From IMG/VR virus record IMGVR_UViG_3300011423_000016, positions 1 to 40,387 of that record: DNA of 40,387 nucleotides. One strand, written 5' to 3'. Below the pieces are notes generated by a model, which worked only from the letters and a program-made list of their open reading frames with translations, ran no database searches and had not been told where the DNA came from. Positions 1 to 8,894 of the stretch are shown here, piece after piece. This stretch comes from a virus (lineage: Duplodnaviria > Caudoviricetes). Made by a program: the position numbers and the translations under genes. How positions within the stretch are numbered: the first letter of the stretch is position 1; every line of letters starts with the position of its first letter.

Positions 1-40
1 ACGCCGGTTAGGGGGGCACCCCCCACCCACATCAAGACAG

Positions 41-69
41 ACGGTGGCCATGTTGGCCACCGTTTTTTT
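41..69 (+). terminator. Rho-independent terminator
   Basis: Perfect 10-bp stem ACGGTGGCCA-TGT-TGGCCACCGT followed by TTTTTT. Confidence 0.8.
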
Positions 70-123
70 ATTCCGTGGCTTGTCACTAATCGCCCTGGAC
101 TGCGCCGGCCCATACACTCCCCA

Positions 124-149
124 CGGCGGGGGGCCCGCCGCTTCTTTTT
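124..149 (+). terminator. Second putative rho-independent terminator
   Basis: Stem CGGCGGG-GGG-CCCGCCG followed by CTTCTTTTT. Confidence 0.55.
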
Positions 150-181
150 CATACCATTCCCGACGCGCCAAAATTTCGGAA

Positions 182-276
182 AGTAAACTGCCCCATCATG
201 GCCTTCCGGCCACGATGCAGTATGACGTCCGGTGATTTTGCGGCGCGTCAAAATGGTTCCATGAGTAAACTGCCCC
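182..276. repeat. 13-bp direct repeat AGTAAACTGCCCC (182-194, 264-276), possible regulator or packaging site
   Basis: Exact duplicate in the non-coding region upstream of TerS. Confidence 0.6.
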
Positions 277-346
277 GTTATCGCATTCCCCTTGCCCCGC
301 CGCCGCCTAAGGCGGCATACTCCTACCACACAGGACAACTCCGACC

Positions 347-1063
347 ATGAGCGCCCCGCAAACCAAAGAGGCCGCTATCGCCGCTTCCGGCGGGAGTATC
401 CACGAGTTCCGCAAAACCACGCGCAAAATGCGCTGGTGGTACGAATCCCTCGCCGACTTCATGATCGCCAACCCCAGCGCCACCCAGAATGAAATGGCGG
501 CGCACTTCGGACGGAACCCCGCCACGATTTCGACGGTCATCGCCACCGACGCCTTCAAGGCGTATTTCCGTCAGCGCCGCGCGCACCACGCCGAGAAGCT
601 CGACAGCGTCGTGCGGGACAAGCTATTCACCGTGGCCTCGAAGTCCCTCGACCACATGCTTGAGACGCTGGACAAAAAGCGTGACACCATTCCGCTGGAA
701 ATGCTGGCACGGGTCAGCGAAAGCTCCCTGAAGAATCTCGGTTACGGCGCATCTCCTCCCGGTGGCGCCGTCACGGTGAACGTGGGTCAGGCTCCCCAGT
801 CGGTCCACGTCGCTGTATCCCTAACGGATCTCGAACAGGCCCGTGAAGCGTTACGTCGTTCACAGGCCCCTCAGCTAGTTGACGTCACGCCTACCTCAGA
901 CACGGCGTCTGTTCGAGACCTGGAACGACCCGGCTTTGCCGGGGGCGCGACAGAATTGTCGCCTCTTGGCGACGGCGCGACAGGATCTTCGAGCGAAGCT
1001 CGCGCTCTTGGGGCGGGGGCGCAGACCATTACTCCGGCGGAGCCGGGGACGAAGGATGGCTGA
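347..1063 (+). CDS. Putative terminase small subunit (HTH DNA-binding protein)
   Basis: HTH-like segment NPSATQNEMAAHFGRNPATISTVI; helical core with a disordered C-terminus; first gene upstream of TerL; AGGA upstream. Confidence 0.65.
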   Translation: MSAPQTKEAAIAASGGSIHEFRKTTRKMRWWYESLADFMIANPSATQNEMAAHFGRNPATISTVIATDAFKAYFRQRRAHHAEKLDSVVRDKLFTVASKSLDHMLETLDKKRDTIPLEMLARVSESSLKNLGYGASPPGGAVTVNVGQAPQSVHVAVSLTDLEQAREALRRSQAPQLVDVTPTSDTASVRDLERPGFAGGATELSPLGDGATGSSSEARALGAGAQTITPAEPGTKDG

Positions 1064-1307
1064 CGCAGACGTTGGCCGCGCCCTCACGGGTCAATACTTC
1101 GGCCATGTCGATCCGGAGCTAGAGCCTGACGTGTTCAAAGAGTGGGGAGAACAATGGGGCGAGATCCTACCACTGAATGGAATGAAACCCGAGGACTTTA
1201 TGCGCACCCGCCCTCCAGGCGAGGAGGGAGCTACCATGAAGAACTTCGGGGACCACGACGTGATATTCCTCCGTCGCAAACCGAGTGAGCCACCACTGAC
1301 GTCATGA
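1056..1307 (+). CDS. Hypothetical protein (83 aa, MADADVGRAL...)
   Basis: ATG at 1056 overlaps the end of TerS; ATGA overlap with the next gene; fills the gap in the operon. Confidence 0.65.
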   Translation: MADADVGRALTGQYFGHVDPELEPDVFKEWGEQWGEILPLNGMKPEDFMRTRPPGEEGATMKNFGDHDVIFLRRKPSEPPLTS

Positions 1308-1822
1308 ACGTATTTAACGCCGACGTGTTTCTGCCAGAGCGGCCTTTGGCCGGGGCGCGCCCCGCTGTGCAACGACCATCATTCACCGACGTCTATTGGA
1401 GCGCCCCCGTATCATGGAAGACCAGAAACCGTTACAAGGGCTCGCAGAAGGCAGGCCTCCAGTACGAGCAACGCGTGGTGGACGTATTGACAGCCATCTA
1501 CGGTGGTTGCTTCGTTCGGTCTCCCACAATACGCTACAAATATCGCTCGAAACCAAAAGCGGCAGTCCTCGACGGCCTCCTCCACCTTGGTCCCGAAACG
1601 CTGATCGTTGAGGTCAAACTCTCCCACACAGAGCGCGTGTGGGAGCAGCTAATGGTACGATACCGGCTTCTAGTTACAAAGTTACTTCCTAGTCAGCGCA
1701 TTCGGACGGTGGAGATTTGCCGCAGCTACGATCCGAGTATCCAGCTGCCGGGCGAGTACCGTCGTATCACGTCCCTCCATCGGCCCGGTCACGGGCTGGA
1801 GGTCCTTCAATGGAAGATCTAG
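1304..1822 (+). CDS. PD-(D/E)xK-fold endonuclease (resolvase-like)
   Basis: Motifs G..YE, LDG, IVEVKL and QL..Y typical of the restriction-endonuclease-like fold. Confidence 0.65.
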   Translation: MNVFNADVFLPERPLAGARPAVQRPSFTDVYWSAPVSWKTRNRYKGSQKAGLQYEQRVVDVLTAIYGGCFVRSPTIRYKYRSKPKAAVLDGLLHLGPETLIVEVKLSHTERVWEQLMVRYRLLVTKLLPSQRIRTVEICRSYDPSIQLPGEYRRITSLHRPGHGLEVLQWKI

Positions 1823-3312
1823 GGACGCCGAAAGTCAAGCTGTCCGTCGCTGACGCCGTGGCGCTCGGGGCCATTGATAATGACATCTACGCCCGCACGT
1901 TTTTTCCGAACACGTTTCGACAGAAGTCACCGGCCTTCCAAAAGGAGATCTGGGATGACCTCAATGATCCCGCGATCCGATACTCCAATCAGCGCATCTT
2001 CCGCGGCGGGGCGAAGACAACTATCGCTCGCGTTAACACTTCCAAACGGATTGCCTATGGAGTGTCAAAGACCATCCTCTACGTTGGCGCGAGCGAGGGC
2101 GCGGCAGCTCGGTCGGGCGCTTGGCTTAGGAATAACGTCGAACGTAACAAACTTTGGGCAGGAACCTTTGCTCTATCCCCTGGACGTAAGTGGACGGATA
2201 TTGAGTTCGAAGTCTGGCACGAGACGCTCAAAACGAACATCTGGTGCCTTTTCGTGGGCATCACTGGTAACATCCGAGGAATCAACTTCGACGACTACCG
2301 ACCAGACTACATTGTTTTAGACGACATCCTCACGGATGAGAACTGTGCCACACAGGAACAGCGGGAGAAAATAAGTGACTTGGTGCATGGTGCCCTCAAA
2401 CGATCACTGGCCCCGGTCGTCGATGACCCGAATGCGAAGATGTCCATGCTCGTCACGCCCCAACATCGTGAGGACGTTAGTTCGGTGGCGCGTGGTGATC
2501 CAACGTGGAAGACTATCGAGGTCAGTTGCTGGACACCCGCGACAGCGGACCTTCCGGTGGACAAGCAAATCAGTGTATGGCCCGAACGTTATCCTAGTGA
2601 CACACTCCGGGATGAGAAGCGCGCCGCCGTAGCAATTAATAAGCTCTCGGTGTTTGCGCGTGAGATGGAACTCCGTCTCGTCTCGCCGGAGCTGTGTGAG
2701 TTCCGTAGTGAGTGGCTGAAGTACATTACGGAGCCGGGGCCAGTCCCGAATGCCACGAACGTGCTGGCGATTGATCCGACGCCGCCGCCGAGTGACGCGC
2801 AGATGGAGAAGGGCTTCAAGGGAGACGACTACGAGGTACTCCACGTGTGGGGACGCCGCGGCGATAATTACTACCTTCAGGAGCGGCGAAGCGTGCGTGG
2901 CGAGTCCCCGGATTGGACCATAACTAATGCGTTCGAGATGGCGCAGAAATATCGTGTCGTAAGTATCGTCGTAGAGTCCGTCATGTACCAACGGACGTTG
3001 AAGTGGCTGCTCGAAAAGGAAATGAGCCGGCGTCGGCAGTATTACACTGTCGTCCCGTTCGTCGGGAAGAACAAGTATGCGCGGATTCGTTCCGTTATTG
3101 CGCCGCAAGCGAGCCACGGTCATATGTGGGTACGACCAGAGGACACGCCGTTCATCGCGCAGTTCGATACGTATCCCAGCTCCGATCATGACGATGAACT
3201 CGACGCGGCGAGTATTGCGTTGAGTGTGCTCGTCAATCCGTGGGCGGCGGGCGACGGTAGCTCCGAAGGGGCGGATGTGGAGCCGTTGAAACTAGTTCGA
3301 GGAGCGCCCTGA
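1810..3312 (+). CDS. terL: Terminase large subunit
   Basis: Walker A-like FRGGAKT, Walker B YIVLDD, RNase H-like nuclease motifs LAIDP, VVES and HDDELDA; GGAGG before ATG 1810. Confidence 0.92.
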   Translation: MEDLGTPKVKLSVADAVALGAIDNDIYARTFFPNTFRQKSPAFQKEIWDDLNDPAIRYSNQRIFRGGAKTTIARVNTSKRIAYGVSKTILYVGASEGAAARSGAWLRNNVERNKLWAGTFALSPGRKWTDIEFEVWHETLKTNIWCLFVGITGNIRGINFDDYRPDYIVLDDILTDENCATQEQREKISDLVHGALKRSLAPVVDDPNAKMSMLVTPQHREDVSSVARGDPTWKTIEVSCWTPATADLPVDKQISVWPERYPSDTLRDEKRAAVAINKLSVFAREMELRLVSPELCEFRSEWLKYITEPGPVPNATNVLAIDPTPPPSDAQMEKGFKGDDYEVLHVWGRRGDNYYLQERRSVRGESPDWTITNAFEMAQKYRVVSIVVESVMYQRTLKWLLEKEMSRRRQYYTVVPFVGKNKYARIRSVIAPQASHGHMWVRPEDTPFIAQFDTYPSSDHDDELDAASIALSVLVNPWAAGDGSSEGADVEPLKLVRGAP

Positions 3313-5264
3313 TGCCAACGCTCCGACTCAAAGAAGATACGCCGCTCCATAAAAAGCTCTGTGCGATGATACAGTCACGCGTGATGCTCGCCAAAAAGGA
3401 CCGGACGACGCAGGAGGGGATATGGCGAAAGGCGGAGGAAAGGACGCTGGCGTATGTTCCGGAGAGCGACGTCGATGCGACGAGACGCAACCGGAGGGAC
3501 CTCAAGGGGACGCAGACGTACACGACGATAATGCTGCCTTACTCTTACGCCTTATTGATGAGTGCTCACACGTATTGGACGTCTGTGTTCTTTGGGAGGA
3601 CGCCAGTACATCAGTACTCGGGCCGTCACGGCGAGAGCGAGATGCAGGTTCAGTCGATGGAGGCGCTGATCGACTATCAGGTCGAAGTGGGCCGTCTACT
3701 CGGCCCGTATTATGTGTGGATGTACGACGCCGGGAAATATGGCTGTGGGATTCTGGGGGAATACTGGGATGTCGAGAAGATTGCATATGGCCAGCTTGCG
3801 GAGATGCCCGATCCAGTCACGGGCCAGATGGGCCTCTATCAGGCCACGGTGGAACTCACGGGCTACACGGGGAACAAAGCGTACAACGTGAACCCGTTCG
3901 ACTTCTGGAGAGATCCGAGAGTGTCGATGAAGAACTTCCAGAGCGGGGAGTTTTGTTTCGTCCTGAAGAGGATGTTGTGGAACGACGTGATGAGGAGAGC
4001 CGATTCGGGATACTATACGAACCTGGAGAACCTCAAAAAACATGCGACTAATCGGCACTCGGATGATAATTCAGCGCAACTGAAGAGGCCAGATTGGGCC
4101 GCGGCGCAGTTGAACATGGATGCGGACTCCGAGGGTGGCGACAATGAGAAGAAGAAGCACCCGGCTGCCGTCTTCGCGTTCGAGTTTTATGTCGATCTGG
4201 TCCCCCGGGATTGGGGCGTCGGACCAGAGTCGTTCCCTCAGAAGTGGTGTTTTACGATCACAGAGGACTTTGGCCTCATTATTGGCGCGTGCCCGCTTGG
4301 CCATATGCATTCGAAGTTCCCGTTCTCGATCCTTGAGAGTGAGGTGGAGGGGTACTCGGCGGAGTCTCGCGGCATACCGGAAATTGTGGCTCCGTTACAG
4401 AATACGATGGACTGGCTTGTTAATAGTCACTTTTATAATGTCCGTGCCGCGCTCAATAATCAATTCATTGTGGACCCGTCGAAACTCGTGTTGAAGGACG
4501 TTGAGGCGGGCGAACCCGGCTTCATCTGGCGCTTGCGCCCCGAAGCCTTCGGCACTGACATCCGTTCCATCTTTACGCAGATTCCCGTCACTGACGTTAC
4601 GCGTACGAACATGCAAGACCTTCAACAGATGTTCACACTTGGTGAGCGTACGTTGGGTATCAATGACCAGATCATGGGCGTCCTGAACACCGGCGGGCGC
4701 AAGACCGCTACGGAAGTGAGGACGGCGGCGGGGTTCGGTACTAACAGGTTGAAAACAAACACAGAATACATGTCGACGATGGGTTTCTCGCCCCATTCGC
4801 AGAAGTTAGTCCAGAACTCACAGCAGTTCTACGACTCGAACTTGAAACTTAAAATCGTTGGCGATCTGGCGCTAGCCGCCGGGCCAAACTTCCTGAACGT
4901 GACGCCGGATGATATTCTGGGGTTCTTCAATTTCGTGCCGGTGGATGGGACGCTGCCGATAGACCGTGCGGCGCAGGCGAACCTCTGGAAGGATATGATG
5001 AGTAACCTGCGAATGATGCCGCCGCAGGTCGCGATGGGGTTCGATTGGGTGAAGATCTTCTCGTGGGTCGGAACCCTTGCAGGGTTGAAGAATATTAACC
5101 AGTTCAAAGTACAAGTCATGCCGCCGGGGATGGACATGACGAATGCCGTAGGCGCAGGTAACGTCATTCCGATGCCGGGGCGTCCGGGCATTCCGCCGCC
5201 GGGCGCGGATAGCGCCACGGTCAGCGGCAATAACGCACTAGCCACTCCACCACCAGCATATTGA
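3312..5264 (+). CDS. Portal (head-tail connector) protein
   Basis: 650 aa, coupled to TerL by TGATG; KTATEV motif seen in podoviral portals; position. Confidence 0.88.
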   Translation: MPTLRLKEDTPLHKKLCAMIQSRVMLAKKDRTTQEGIWRKAEERTLAYVPESDVDATRRNRRDLKGTQTYTTIMLPYSYALLMSAHTYWTSVFFGRTPVHQYSGRHGESEMQVQSMEALIDYQVEVGRLLGPYYVWMYDAGKYGCGILGEYWDVEKIAYGQLAEMPDPVTGQMGLYQATVELTGYTGNKAYNVNPFDFWRDPRVSMKNFQSGEFCFVLKRMLWNDVMRRADSGYYTNLENLKKHATNRHSDDNSAQLKRPDWAAAQLNMDADSEGGDNEKKKHPAAVFAFEFYVDLVPRDWGVGPESFPQKWCFTITEDFGLIIGACPLGHMHSKFPFSILESEVEGYSAESRGIPEIVAPLQNTMDWLVNSHFYNVRAALNNQFIVDPSKLVLKDVEAGEPGFIWRLRPEAFGTDIRSIFTQIPVTDVTRTNMQDLQQMFTLGERTLGINDQIMGVLNTGGRKTATEVRTAAGFGTNRLKTNTEYMSTMGFSPHSQKLVQNSQQFYDSNLKLKIVGDLALAAGPNFLNVTPDDILGFFNFVPVDGTLPIDRAAQANLWKDMMSNLRMMPPQVAMGFDWVKIFSWVGTLAGLKNINQFKVQVMPPGMDMTNAVGAGNVIPMPGRPGIPPPGADSATVSGNNALATPPPAY

Positions 5265-5273
5265 GGCACCAAC

Positions 5274-5576
5274 ATGGACGTCGTGAATGATATTGAACTG
5301 AAGCAGCGGGAGGAACGACGGCAGGTCCGTGAGGATGCTGAGTTGTTCGCCGGGTTAATCGCGCATAAGGGTTGGCCGCGCTTCATCGCGTTGATCGACG
5401 CGGTGGCGCAGAACCATCACGCGGCGGTTATGAAGCCACTGGAGAACGTCTTGGAATCGACTAAGGTCGAGTTCGCTAAGGGCGTATTGAGCGGGCTGAG
5501 TCTCGCCGCTACGCTCCCACATATGAAAATGCGCGAAGCGCTCGAGTTGCGCCCCGCCGATAGCGATGAGGAATAA
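5274..5576 (+). CDS. Small helical head-region protein
   Basis: 100 aa between portal and scaffold; GAGG RBS. Confidence 0.7.
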   Translation: MDVVNDIELKQREERRQVREDAELFAGLIAHKGWPRFIALIDAVAQNHHAAVMKPLENVLESTKVEFAKGVLSGLSLAATLPHMKMREALELRPADSDEE

Positions 5577-5581
5577 CACCA

Positions 5582-6580
5582 ATGTTGAACTTTGAAAACA
5601 AATGGCTACGTCCTATGATGACGTTAGCTCCTGACGATGGCGGCGGTTCCGCCACACCCTCGGGTGGTGATGGCGGTGGCAATGGGACTTCCGTGACCCC
5701 TGCGCCGTCTCCCGCTTCGACGGACGGCGGGGGTGGTACTGTTGGTGGTGCTGCTCCCGCCGAACCCGCGGCGACGCCAGCGGCGGGACCTGACTGGTCC
5801 CAACTTGGCTCCACCGATGATTTAGACTATTTGTCAATTCCGGCGGAGCCACCTCCGCCGCCGACGGAGCCAGTTGTGCCTCCGGTGCCTCCAGAGCAGC
5901 CGCTACAGCCGCCGCCTGTGCAGCCACCGCCGGTGCCACCGGCTCCGCCGCCCACGGCAGCGCAACCTCCAGAGGGGACGGGCGACGCCCGGCCACTCAC
6001 GGCGTCTGACCCGTGGCGAATCGCGGAGGGCCTAGAAGCTAACCGCGACGCTGTGATACCGCACTTGGCGGCGACCAAGTTTGCGTTATCCGAGGAGGAC
6101 CTCCGGGAGCTAGATGCTGATCCGGGGGCAGCGATACCTAAGATGCTCGCGAGGGCCTTCTTCGAGAGTCAGGTGTCGATGCAGAAATTCCTGGCGCAGG
6201 CTGTGCCGGGAATGATTAAGAATTACAATACCGTGGTCAAGGCCAATGATGGGGCGGAGGAGCAGTTCTTCAAAACCCACAAGGCGCTTGATGTTTCGAA
6301 TCCTCAACACCGTGAAGTTGCGGCACGTATTGCGACGGTTTACCGTAAGGCCAATCCGGGCATCTCGCTGGATCAGTTGATCCAGGAGGTCGGTCCGATG
6401 GTAATGGCAAGCCTTCGTATTCCGCAAGGAACGACTACTGCTCCGACAGCTCCTGCGCCTGCGGCGCAGTTGCCGAGAGGCGGAACGTCATTCCGGCCCG
6501 CAGTCAATGGTGGAGGGGGTGCCCCAATAGCCACCGAGCCAGCCAATCCTTGGAGTGGACTCGGTACAAATTACGACTAA
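5582..6580 (+). CDS. Capsid scaffolding protein
   Basis: Pro/Gly-rich disordered N-terminus and helical C-terminal half; immediately upstream of the major capsid gene. Confidence 0.7.
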   Translation: MLNFENKWLRPMMTLAPDDGGGSATPSGGDGGGNGTSVTPAPSPASTDGGGGTVGGAAPAEPAATPAAGPDWSQLGSTDDLDYLSIPAEPPPPPTEPVVPPVPPEQPLQPPPVQPPPVPPAPPPTAAQPPEGTGDARPLTASDPWRIAEGLEANRDAVIPHLAATKFALSEEDLRELDADPGAAIPKMLARAFFESQVSMQKFLAQAVPGMIKNYNTVVKANDGAEEQFFKTHKALDVSNPQHREVAARIATVYRKANPGISLDQLIQEVGPMVMASLRIPQGTTTAPTAPAPAAQLPRGGTSFRPAVNGGGGAPIATEPANPWSGLGTNYD

Positions 6581-6600
6581 GGTCGTAGTAGGAGACGAAA

Positions 6601-7839
6601 ATGAGTGGTATTGCAGGGCTCCGGGGAACTGGAGACTTCGGTGCAGACGAACGGCCAAAGGACTTCAGAGAGAACATTCTGTGGTTCAATCCGAATGGCG
6701 AGGCGCCGATCTTCGCCCTCTCGGCGAAAGCGGGAAAGCGGGTCGTGAAAGATCCGGAATTTGCGTGGTGGAATGAGGGTAATGCGTTGGTGCGCCTTCA
6801 GACCACGTCAGCCACATACGCGGCGGGCGACACGTTGTTCACGATTGGATCGGCTGATCCGACGGCCACCACGCTCGGCGCGAATTACGGCACGGCGACG
6901 CATCTCAAGCCGGGCGATTTGCTGATGATTGAGGTCGTCCCGGAACCTGCGGCTTGGACGCCAGAGATTATCGAGATCGACAACGTGCTGTCCGACACGC
7001 AGTTTACGGCGAAGCGGGGCGCGGCAGGCTCCACGGCGGGTTCGGTAGCTGCGAGTTCGTGGATGACGCTGATCGGTAGCTCCTACGCTGAAGGCACGGG
7101 CGCGCCGCGAGCCGTCAGTCGGAATCCGATCAAGTTCTACAACTATACGCAGATCTTCAAGAATACGTATGAACTCACCGGAACGGTGGATCACACGAAG
7201 TTTCGGACGGGCGATCCGTGGTCGAACGACAAGAAGCGTAAGTCGTATGACCACTCTCGCGACATCGAGATGGCCATTCTGTTCGGACGAAGGTCTGAAA
7301 CGACTGGCGAGAACGGCAAGCCGAAGCGCACGATGGGCGGACTCAGGACGTTCATTCCTGCGAGCAATACGAAGATCTACTCGTCTGCCGTGACGATTGA
7401 TACGCTGACGACTGACATTGCGCCGGTGTTCGACTTCAACACCGGGGCGGGTGATACGCGCGTGGCGTTCGTCGGCAATGCGGCGGCGATGGAGCTGGGT
7501 AAGATCTTCAATGCCGCGACGAATGTGCAGATCAACACGACAGAGCGCGTGAAGATCTACGGCATTCACTTCCAGGAGTTGATCCTGCCGATGGGTCGGC
7601 TGTTGATTAAGACGCACCCGCTGATGAGCCGTCATGGCGTCTACTCCAAGTCGATGTTCGTGTTGGACTTCGATGCGATCAAGTGGGCCCCGCTGGAGGG
7701 ACGGGACACGAAGACGAAGGACGACGTTCAGGCTGAAGATGAGGACGTTCGTCGCGGCTATATCCAGACTGAGGCAGGGCTTGAGGTGGGGTATGGCGGC
7801 CTCACGATGGCCTATCTCGGCAACATCAGCAAGACCTAG
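6601..7839 (+). CDS. Major capsid protein (SU10-like/DUF5309 type)
   Basis: 412 aa; strong AGGAG RBS; motifs NYTQIFK, DIEMAILFG and RTMGGL. Confidence 0.88.
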   Translation: MSGIAGLRGTGDFGADERPKDFRENILWFNPNGEAPIFALSAKAGKRVVKDPEFAWWNEGNALVRLQTTSATYAAGDTLFTIGSADPTATTLGANYGTATHLKPGDLLMIEVVPEPAAWTPEIIEIDNVLSDTQFTAKRGAAGSTAGSVAASSWMTLIGSSYAEGTGAPRAVSRNPIKFYNYTQIFKNTYELTGTVDHTKFRTGDPWSNDKKRKSYDHSRDIEMAILFGRRSETTGENGKPKRTMGGLRTFIPASNTKIYSSAVTIDTLTTDIAPVFDFNTGAGDTRVAFVGNAAAMELGKIFNAATNVQINTTERVKIYGIHFQELILPMGRLLIKTHPLMSRHGVYSKSMFVLDFDAIKWAPLEGRDTKTKDDVQAEDEDVRRGYIQTEAGLEVGYGGLTMAYLGNISKT

Positions 7840-7865
7840 CGGTCGCGCGAAGAAAGGACACGACT

Positions 7866-8219
7866 ATGTCGAGAATTAATTTGGAAGATCCCATCATCGA
7901 ACGTCCTATAATTCGGGGCGGGATCAAGTATGGAATTACGACGCTGCCGGGTACGGCGAATGCGACGTTGGATCAGGACATGGGGCCGATCATCCAGATG
8001 ACCCCAACCGCTGCGCGGGTGCTGACGCTCCCGGCAGTCTCTGCCGATATGCGTGGGCTGACGTTCATGATTACGAACGGGGCGGCGTTCACGCTGACGG
8101 TCAACAATGCGGCTGCTGGTGCTGTGGCGGTGATTCCTGCTACAGTCGGGGCGACGGGTAATATCACCTGTCTGGGTGATTCTGCCCTTGGCATTGGGGG
8201 TTGGACGGGCGGTCTGTAG
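7866..8219 (+). CDS. Putative capsid decoration/cement protein
   Basis: 117-aa beta-rich protein directly after the major capsid gene and before a terminator. Confidence 0.6.
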   Translation: MSRINLEDPIIERPIIRGGIKYGITTLPGTANATLDQDMGPIIQMTPTAARVLTLPAVSADMRGLTFMITNGAAFTLTVNNAAAGAVAVIPATVGATGNITCLGDSALGIGGWTGGL

Positions 8220-8226
8220 TAGGGAG

Positions 8227-8263
8227 TGGGCGGTTAATACGATTGTTAACCGCCCATTTATTT
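8227..8263 (+). terminator. Terminator/palindrome after the capsid genes
   Basis: 11-bp perfect inverted repeat TGGGCGGTTAA-TACGATTG-TTAACCGCCCA followed by TTTATTT. Confidence 0.75.
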
Positions 8264-8279
8264 CCAGAAGGAAACCGCT

Positions 8280-8894
8280 ATGCTACGTTCCGAAGCCATT
8301 ACGATTATCAAGCGCGGACTAGGGTTCCGCCAGACCCAAGATGCGGCCATTATTTCCGCCCTCAAGCAGGTACAGCGGGACCTCGAGCTGGGCCAGACGC
8401 TGCCAAACTGGCTACTGGTGTTCGATGTGGAAATTCCGGTGGTGGCTGGTACGGGAGCGTACGTTCTGCCGCCGGGGTTTATCCGACTGCATGATGATTA
8501 CCCACCATACTTCTACGATACGTATGACACGTATGTCGAGCTGAGTCGTAGGCGCTCCGACGAGCCGATTACGACAGCCGAGATGCGGCATTACGTACTC
8601 CTTGATAAGACGCGGATTGAATTCAATCCAGTGCCGAAGGTCGCGGGGATTGTGTACCTGACGTACTACAAGGCCGCGCTGCCGTTAGACTCCGATATTG
8701 AGAATGCGTGGTTGAAGCACGCTCCCAACTACATGATTGGCCTCGCTGGACTCGCGGTCGCCGGCGACGTGCGGGACAAGGGCGCGGCAGAGAAATTCGG
8801 CCTCATGGCCAAAATCGGTGGTCGAGCGTTCATCGGTGATGTGGTCGAGGACGAGCTGGCCGGAAGGCCCCTCATCATGGGGAGGAACAACTAA
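8280..8894 (+). CDS. Head-tail adaptor / tail tubular protein A-like
   Basis: 204 aa after the capsid genes; G..AY.LP..F and F.PVP....VYLTYY patterns of podoviral adaptors. Confidence 0.7.
   Translation: MLRSEAITIIKRGLGFRQTQDAAIISALKQVQRDLELGQTLPNWLLVFDVEIPVVAGTGAYVLPPGFIRLHDDYPPYFYDTYDTYVELSRRRSDEPITTAEMRHYVLLDKTRIEFNPVPKVAGIVYLTYYKAALPLDSDIENAWLKHAPNYMIGLAGLAVAGDVRDKGAAEKFGLMAKIGGRAFIGDVVEDELAGRPLIMGRNN

Noticed and set aside
1717-1809. Upstream extension of TerL given in the ORF track
   Set aside because: It lies inside the nuclease gene; ATG 1810 has a GGAGG RBS.
5620-5990. Tandem DNA repeat in the scaffold gene
   Set aside because: It is low-complexity Pro/Gly coding sequence without a regular repeat unit.
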